This document shows, piece by piece, positions 57,098 through 64,000 of a stretch of 64,000 bases of DNA. A program made the translations under genes and the position numbers. The notes beneath the pieces were generated by a model. It ran no database searches and was not told the DNA's origin. It saw only the letters and a list, made by a program, of their open reading frames with translations. Origin of the DNA: Octopus vulgaris. Lineage: Eukaryota. The stretch is from the NCBI GenBank assembly GCA_951406725.2, contig OX597828.1, forward strand, positions 16,492,001 through 16,556,000, given 5' to 3'. The stretch's first letter is position 1; every line of letters begins with the position of its first letter.

Positions 57098-57710
57098 ATA
57101 CGTGATATATATGTATATTATATATGATCTCTTCAATAACTAGGATTACACGTTACACCGTTTACAGTTTTGTTTTCGCATTGCTGGATCAGGAGAAGAA
57201 ATGAGTTCCCATCATAACGTTTGAAAACCTATTGAAATCGGTGAACCCGATGAGATTAAAGTCCAACAGGTACTGCTGTCGGTAGATACTTGCAAAACAA
57301 TATATGAACCAGGAGAAAATCCCCGAGAGCTTAAGTTTTCAGGTGGAAGGAATAAGCATCGTAGTTAATGTCGGGGTTGTGCCATGTTATAGGAAATAAA
57401 CTCTTCCCTGTCAGCAAAGAAAGGGTCGTTTTCTCGTTTGCGTCTCCAGGAAAGGGTTTCTTCGTGTGCTCGGCGACAACATAAAGTCTCAGTTGCTGTC
57501 TGAAGCGAATGCAAGGAAACTCCATTGTTGGTTAGTATGTTTGCATACATAGCCAGTTGTTTTGCCTCGAGTGACTGCATAGAAGAGATTAAGTTATAAA
57601 GGAATGCATCTATATATGTATATATGCACGCGTGCGTATGCATGTATACGTGTGTGAATTTGTGTGTATATGTGTACATTACTGTATGTGTGTGTGTGTA
57701 TATATATATA

Positions 57711-57760
<50 letters not shown>

Positions 57761-57892
57761 TGGTGCCATTTGAAAGAATATGCTTTCAGCAGAAACTGCA
57801 GATAATTATAAAATACCTTATGAATAAATAAGATGAGTTCCCAAGTTGTTAGGGGAAAGGAAAAAAAACTATATATGTATAATATATATATG

Positions 57893-57936
<44 letters not shown>

Positions 57937-58169
57937 CACACGCACACATATATACATAGACCGTGCCAAGTTTTTGTCTGGGGGAGATAAGAGACGAGAT
58001 CAGCTGCTTCCTTCTCAAAACGTCATCAAGATATAATCTTTCTCAAAGATATTTCGTTTATTGCAAAACAATACACAATATACAATAGCATCTTTTAGAA
58101 GAACTTTCCAGATAAAACTGCCAAAGATATCAATGATATGGAATACAGCCACACCTTTCAGTATCATAC

Positions 58170-58213
58170 CGATTAGTGTTTGGAAGAATGGAGGAATATC
58201 ACAATTGTACTTC
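58170..58213 (-). CDS. Possible upstream micro-exon (phase 2-1): KYNCDIPPFFQTLI
   Basis: Acceptor ttgttctatttacctttgcag, donor CG|GTATGA. Joining to 45558 gives the signal-peptide-like stretch FFQTLIVMCLGTQTSSG-LP. Confidence 0.35.
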
Positions 58214-58668
58214 CTGCAAAGGTAAATAGAACAAGGCGCGAAGATTTGATGTGAGCGGTTGTGTGAGGGTGTTAGAGAGCAATGTGATAGATTTGAGCTT
58301 ATCATGCGAAAGTCCATGAGAGTAAGACATACACACATGCTTGCATTGTATGTATATATGTATATATACATACACACACATTTACATACGCACATACATA
58401 TATAAATATCAACACACTCACTCACAAGTATATCTATCTATCTACCTATCGATCTATCTATCTTATATATATATGAATACATATATATCTTATATATATA
58501 TCAGATAAACTTACTTAGAAATGGATGCGTGGTGTTAATCATATAATAATATAAATAAAAACTATATTTTATGTATAGTATATATATATATTTATATATC
58601 ATGAGCGATATATATGTGTATATGTATATATATCATGACCGATATTTTAATTTAGTACTAACTGTAGG

Positions 58669-58705
<37 letters not shown>

Positions 58706-58967
58706 TATATTTGTACGTATCTTCTATCATTTACTTGTTTTAGTCATTACAGTCGAATAATTTATTTTAGTTGAATGCATCGACCACAGTACTTCCATAC
58801 AAAGACATGGAATGAAATGTTTTTAAGAAAATACGAAATTACAATAATTTTAATAGAATGATTAGCGAACGCGAAACCGGTCGATAAACACATTACTCTT
58901 TGAATTAAAAATATATATTGAAAAGTATATTAAAACCATGTAAACTCTGTGCATATTCTTTCTTCTA

Positions 58968-59075
<108 letters not shown>

Positions 59076-59151
59076 TGCATTACAACTCAAAGCGTGGAGA
59101 TAATAAAAATCTCTTCTTCCCTTTAGTTGAATGCATCGACCACAGTACTTC

Positions 59152-59223
<72 letters not shown>

Positions 59224-59779
59224 GGCGGTGCTTTAAAAGGCGGTGCTCCAGCATGGCCGCAGTCAAATGACTGAAACAAGTAAAAGAGTAAAAAGAGTAT
59301 ATATATATATATATATATATACACACGAAGGGCTTTCAGTTTCCGTCTAACAAATCCATCTACAAGGCTTTTGTCAACCCGTGGCTAAAGTAGAAGACAT
59401 CTGACCAGGGTACTATGCAGTGGGAGCGAACCCAGAACCATGTGACTGGAAAGCAAGCTTCTCATCACACAGTTACTTGCCTATATATATACATGTGTGT
59501 TTGTGTGTGTGTATATATAATGTGTATATATATGTATATATATACGAGTGGGTGGACAAATGAAAGAAGGGCAATCAACATATTTATTGGCAGTTCCATG
59601 TATTGATCAAAACAGTTTGACCTTCCTCGGTCAATCGCTGCCCAACTTACGGTAATAGCATTCATGTTTCATTGAAGTTCAAAATACCTGAGGATTCGCA
59701 ACACGCTTGAACCTCTCGGAGTATCAACGAATTTGAATCAAACTGTTTTAATACTAATATGTGTGCGTTTGTATTAATA

Positions 59780-59945
59780 GTGGGAAAAGCCGGTTTATGA
59801 GACTACCATAGGTTTCACCTCCATAAAAGTCTTAGCTTTATAGTGTATCCCAGGTTTTTGAGATCTGACGATACGTCACAAAGCTAAACCCTTTATGGTC
59901 GGGAAACCTAAGGTAATCCCATAAACCGGCCTTCCCCCATTTTTA
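59780..59945. mobile_element. Head-to-head inverted pair of hammerhead-containing Penelope-like pLTR ends
   Basis: Plus 59860-59920: gagat-CTGACGA-...-GAAA-CCTAAGG-TA-atccc. 59789-59855 is its diverged reverse complement (gccggtttatg / cataaaccggc). Confidence 0.65.
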
Positions 59946-60002
59946 ATATATACTGTTCTACATCTGATATATACATATATATATATACATATATATATAT
60001 AC

Positions 60003-60056
<54 letters not shown>

Positions 60057-60149
60057 CATATATATAAATACATATATATCAATATAAATAATATATAAAT
60101 ACATGCATATATAGATACATATAGGTACATACCTACATATATATATATA

Positions 60150-60204
<55 letters not shown>

Positions 60205-60387
60205 GCATATATGGGTACAGGACATAAAAAACGTTGAACACAGTAAGAAACGAAAACATAAAAACAAAAACATAGAAAACGAACTTTTTTTCGAACAACG
60301 AAAAAAACAAACAGAGAAACGAGGCATGCAGCGTAAAGAATATTCCCCTTCATCAGTTGTCCCTGTTTCATCTACTCCGCGTTTCGA

Positions 60388-60440
<53 letters not shown>

Positions 60441-61155
60441 TTTATATAGCCACACACATGCACAAAGTGAGAAAGAGAGAGAGAGAAGGGTGACAGAACG
60501 ATAAGGAGAGAGACAGTAAGGGAGAGAAAGAGATGTCAACGATGGCACAAGCATCAACTTCTACAAGGAAATCCACTACCCGGTCGCAGGACATGCTAGA
60601 AATAGCAACCAAATTCATACCACCACCACCACCACCACCACCACCACAACCACTACCACCATCACAATCAATACAATCTCTAACCATTTACATACAATAT
60701 ACGACTTATAAACGACGCACAAAGAAGCAATCAAACGAAGGAACACAGAAATATCCAACCAAAGTAAACAACGAACTTTGTTTGCGGTTCGGCATGAGAG
60801 ATAGAAGGACAACCACAGCGCGTGCAGTCGGTAAGTAAATAATCGCCGTGCATTGTATATTGCTAACCGGGTTTCGATTCCAATTTTAACCGCTCCGTTT
60901 CACATACGACTATGGTTTCCCCCAGTTCCCTTGGGAAAGGACGGAACATTAAAATTACCATTTCCCTTTAATAAATCTCCGCGTAAATGACAACTCGCGT
61001 ATATCGTCAAAAATGCATACATACACACATTCATTTATACAGGGATATATACTCATATACACATACTTATATACATATATACATATATATACTGATATAC
61101 ATATACTCATACATAACTACTTATGCACACATACGTTTCTTTAAAACAAATAGGT

Positions 61156-61193
<38 letters not shown>

Positions 61194-61291
61194 ATTTATA
61201 TTTATATTTATATGTATGTTATATATATATATATATATCTATATATCATACATACATTTTTACATACATACATACATACATTTTTACATAC

Positions 61292-61365
<74 letters not shown>

Positions 61366-61708
61366 CGTGTCAATATAAATATCTATACATATGCACATAC
61401 ATTCGCATGTTTGTGTGTATTTTTGTGTGTATGAAAAATATATGTCGATATATTGTATATATGCATATATGCATACCCACCCACACGCAAGTACACACAT
61501 GTATATATATATATATATATATATATATGCATGTGTATACTAGTATGGCGACGTCTGCATGGGTGGTAACGCCTTTGTAGTCAAGGTTATTTACAGAAAT
61601 ACCTCCTTGTCTCGGAAACTAATTTCGTCACTATTTCTTTCCCCCAGGGGTGGTAGTTGTCTCGGCAGTAAAGGGGTTGAAGACGGCATTGTCTGAAATA
61701 ACGGTTGT

Positions 61709-61784
<76 letters not shown>

Positions 61785-62113
61785 GTAGTAGTAGTAGTAG
61801 TATTACTGTTAGTGGTGGTGGTTGTGGTGGCGGTTGTTGTGAAATGTTTAACATGACGGTGGCGTCGTAGGGAAGGGCAGTACACATCTTGATCTCCGCA
61901 TTTCGGTGTGATGTTTTCTGTTTAAAGTTCAGATGTGTGCATGTACAACAACATAGAGCACACGCATTCTTGTTATCTGTTACAGAACGTTGAGATCTCT
62001 TGGGGGTATCACTAAAAGAAACACAAAGCAGAAGAACTGGCTCAGGTACGAACACATACTGACAAAGCAGACGCGCGCGCAGACAGACACACACTCAAAC
62101 ATACACGAATATA

Positions 62114-62145
<32 letters not shown>

Positions 62146-62236
62146 CATGGCAGTGTCTAAGTATATCTACACGCATAAACACGTACACATAGACACTCAC
62201 ACACACAGATACGCATACACACTCAAACATACACGA

Positions 62237-62324
<88 letters not shown>

Positions 62325-62412
62325 CAAACGCACAAACACGCACACAAAGACAAAGACACGCACACACTAACACACTAATACACACACATACACACATGTG
62401 TATAGTATATAG

Positions 62413-62640
62413 TACTCTTTACTCTTTTACTCTTTTACTTGTTTCGGTCATTTGACTGCGGCCATGCTGGAGCACCGCCTTTAATCGAGCAACTCGACCC
62501 CGTGACTTATTCTTTTGTAAGCCCAGTACTTATTCTATCGGTCTCTTTTGCCGAACCGCTAAGTAACGGCGACATAAACACACTAGCATCGGTTGTCAAG
62601 CAATGCTAGGGGGACAAACACAGACACACAAACACACACA

Positions 62641-62678
<38 letters not shown>

Positions 62679-62840
62679 TACGACGGGCTTCTTTCAGTTT
62701 CCCTCTACCAAATCCACTCACAAGGCTTTGGTCAGCCCAAGGCTATAGTAGAAGACACTTGCCCAAGGTGCCACGCAGTGGGACTGAACCCGGAACCATG
62801 TGGTTGGTAAACAAGCTACTTACCACACAGCCACTCCTGC
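62413..62840 (-). mobile_element. SINE family A
   Basis: Full-length copy. Confidence 0.92.
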
Positions 62841-62873
<33 letters not shown>

Positions 62874-62919
62874 TGTATGTATGTATATAATATGTAAATA
62901 TATGTATGTTTGTGTGTAT

Positions 62920-63253
62920 ATCTATATAAATAAAAGAGAAACTCTGTGCGTGTGTGTGTGTGGGGGGGGGGGTGAGCGTGCGTGTGTGTGCGTGTGTTAG
63001 CAAGTTCGAAGGTTTATAACTCGAGTTGCACCCTACCAATTAGATTGAAATTTCAGACATGCATTTGGTATGTTCTGAGCTATGTTTTAGCCATAACAAT
63101 TGCTTCCATCAATGTTCGGTTTTCGCAAAAACTCGATCGATAATTATCTATTTTTTTCAAAAAGTCGTCCGATTTTGATCAAACTTGACATACCCATGCA
63201 AAGATTTTCGTTTCGATATTATTTCAAATATGTATTAGGTAATATTCCGAGGC

Positions 63254-63255
<2 letters not shown>
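62920..63255 (+). mobile_element. Probable Helitron 5' portion
   Basis: A|TCTATATAAATAAAAG start followed by a (TG)n tract and ataactcgag...gattgaaatttcagac. No CTAG 3' end found. Confidence 0.45.
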
Positions 63256-63304
<49 letters not shown>

Positions 63305-63333
63305 TTATATATATATATATATACATTTATATA

Positions 63334-63372
<39 letters not shown>

Positions 63373-63757
63373 TATGCATATGTATCTCTAATTTATTTAC
63401 GATTGGTTTACGCTAATGGACATTGGAAAGCGTTTTTGCATATCGCAGCCATGAAATCGTAGGTTACAGGGTTGTCCATAGTATTTTTATAAATCCTTTC
63501 TGTCCATTTTCTTCGTATACAGCCTTGTGGTATTTGAGTAATAATTCAAGTGGTTTACAGTCCATTTGTAGTCTATTTCTAGCGTACAGACGTTGTCAAT
63601 GCAGCGCCCTTTACTATAATTAAATTTTTATAATTATACTTAGATATAAATTAACCAATATGATCTTGATGGTAGGCTGGTCAATGATAAATCATTAAAT
63701 AACGAATGACTTTATCCTAATTATGTCCATATATCGATATATCTATGTACACACACA

Positions 63758-63791
<34 letters not shown>

Positions 63792-64000
63792 TGTGGGATT
63801 GTTCATTTTCTTTTATCTTTTTACTTGTTCCACTCATTGGACTGCGGCCTTGCTTGTGCCTTCAGAGGTTTAGTTGAACATATCGGCCCCATTACGTATG
63901 TGGTAAGTCTGGTCCTTAATCAATCGTTTTGGGTTTATTTTTTTTTTTTTGCCGAGACCCAAGCTTGCGGAATCGTAAACCTAGCCGATACTCGTTGTAA

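Noticed and set aside
58855-58885. GCG-AA-CGC-GAAACCGGTC as a minimal hammerhead
   Set aside because: The first box reads ATGATTA (two core changes) and stem I does not pair. A similar atagaatga...aacgcgaaacc at about 20851 lacks the motif.
59542-59680. Possible mariner left end (tacgag...caaatgaaag)
   Set aside because: No matching right TIR or transposase sequence visible.

Overview
Eukaryotic, AT-rich DNA saturated with microsatellites and transposons. The mix of tRNA-derived SINE families and (TA)n/(CA)n/(TAGA)n/(TAA)n tracts suggests an octopod cephalopod (Octopus sp.); this is an inference. Almost all ORFs in the supplied track are translated microsatellites. The window contains at least five SINE families, nests of 5'-truncated Dong/R4-type (RLE) retrotransposons in (TAA)n, RTE tails, non-autonomous Helitrons, Tc1/mariner and hAT MITEs, and a mariner fragment. 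Two signals are not explained by these. (1) About a dozen type I hammerhead ribozyme (HHR) motifs of Penelope-like architecture. These include a 3 x 130-bp tandem array at 21579-21970 with one HHR per unit (retrozyme/satellite-like, predicting a 130-nt self-cleaved monomer), several HHRs with very long stem II, and two fold-back HHR elements. (2) A phase-compatible set of small minus-strand exons (58.2k?, 45.5k, 39.4k, 24.5k, 23.2k?) that splice into a candidate secreted protein I do not recognise. All structures and splice sites were read by eye; no folding, alignment or database search was run.
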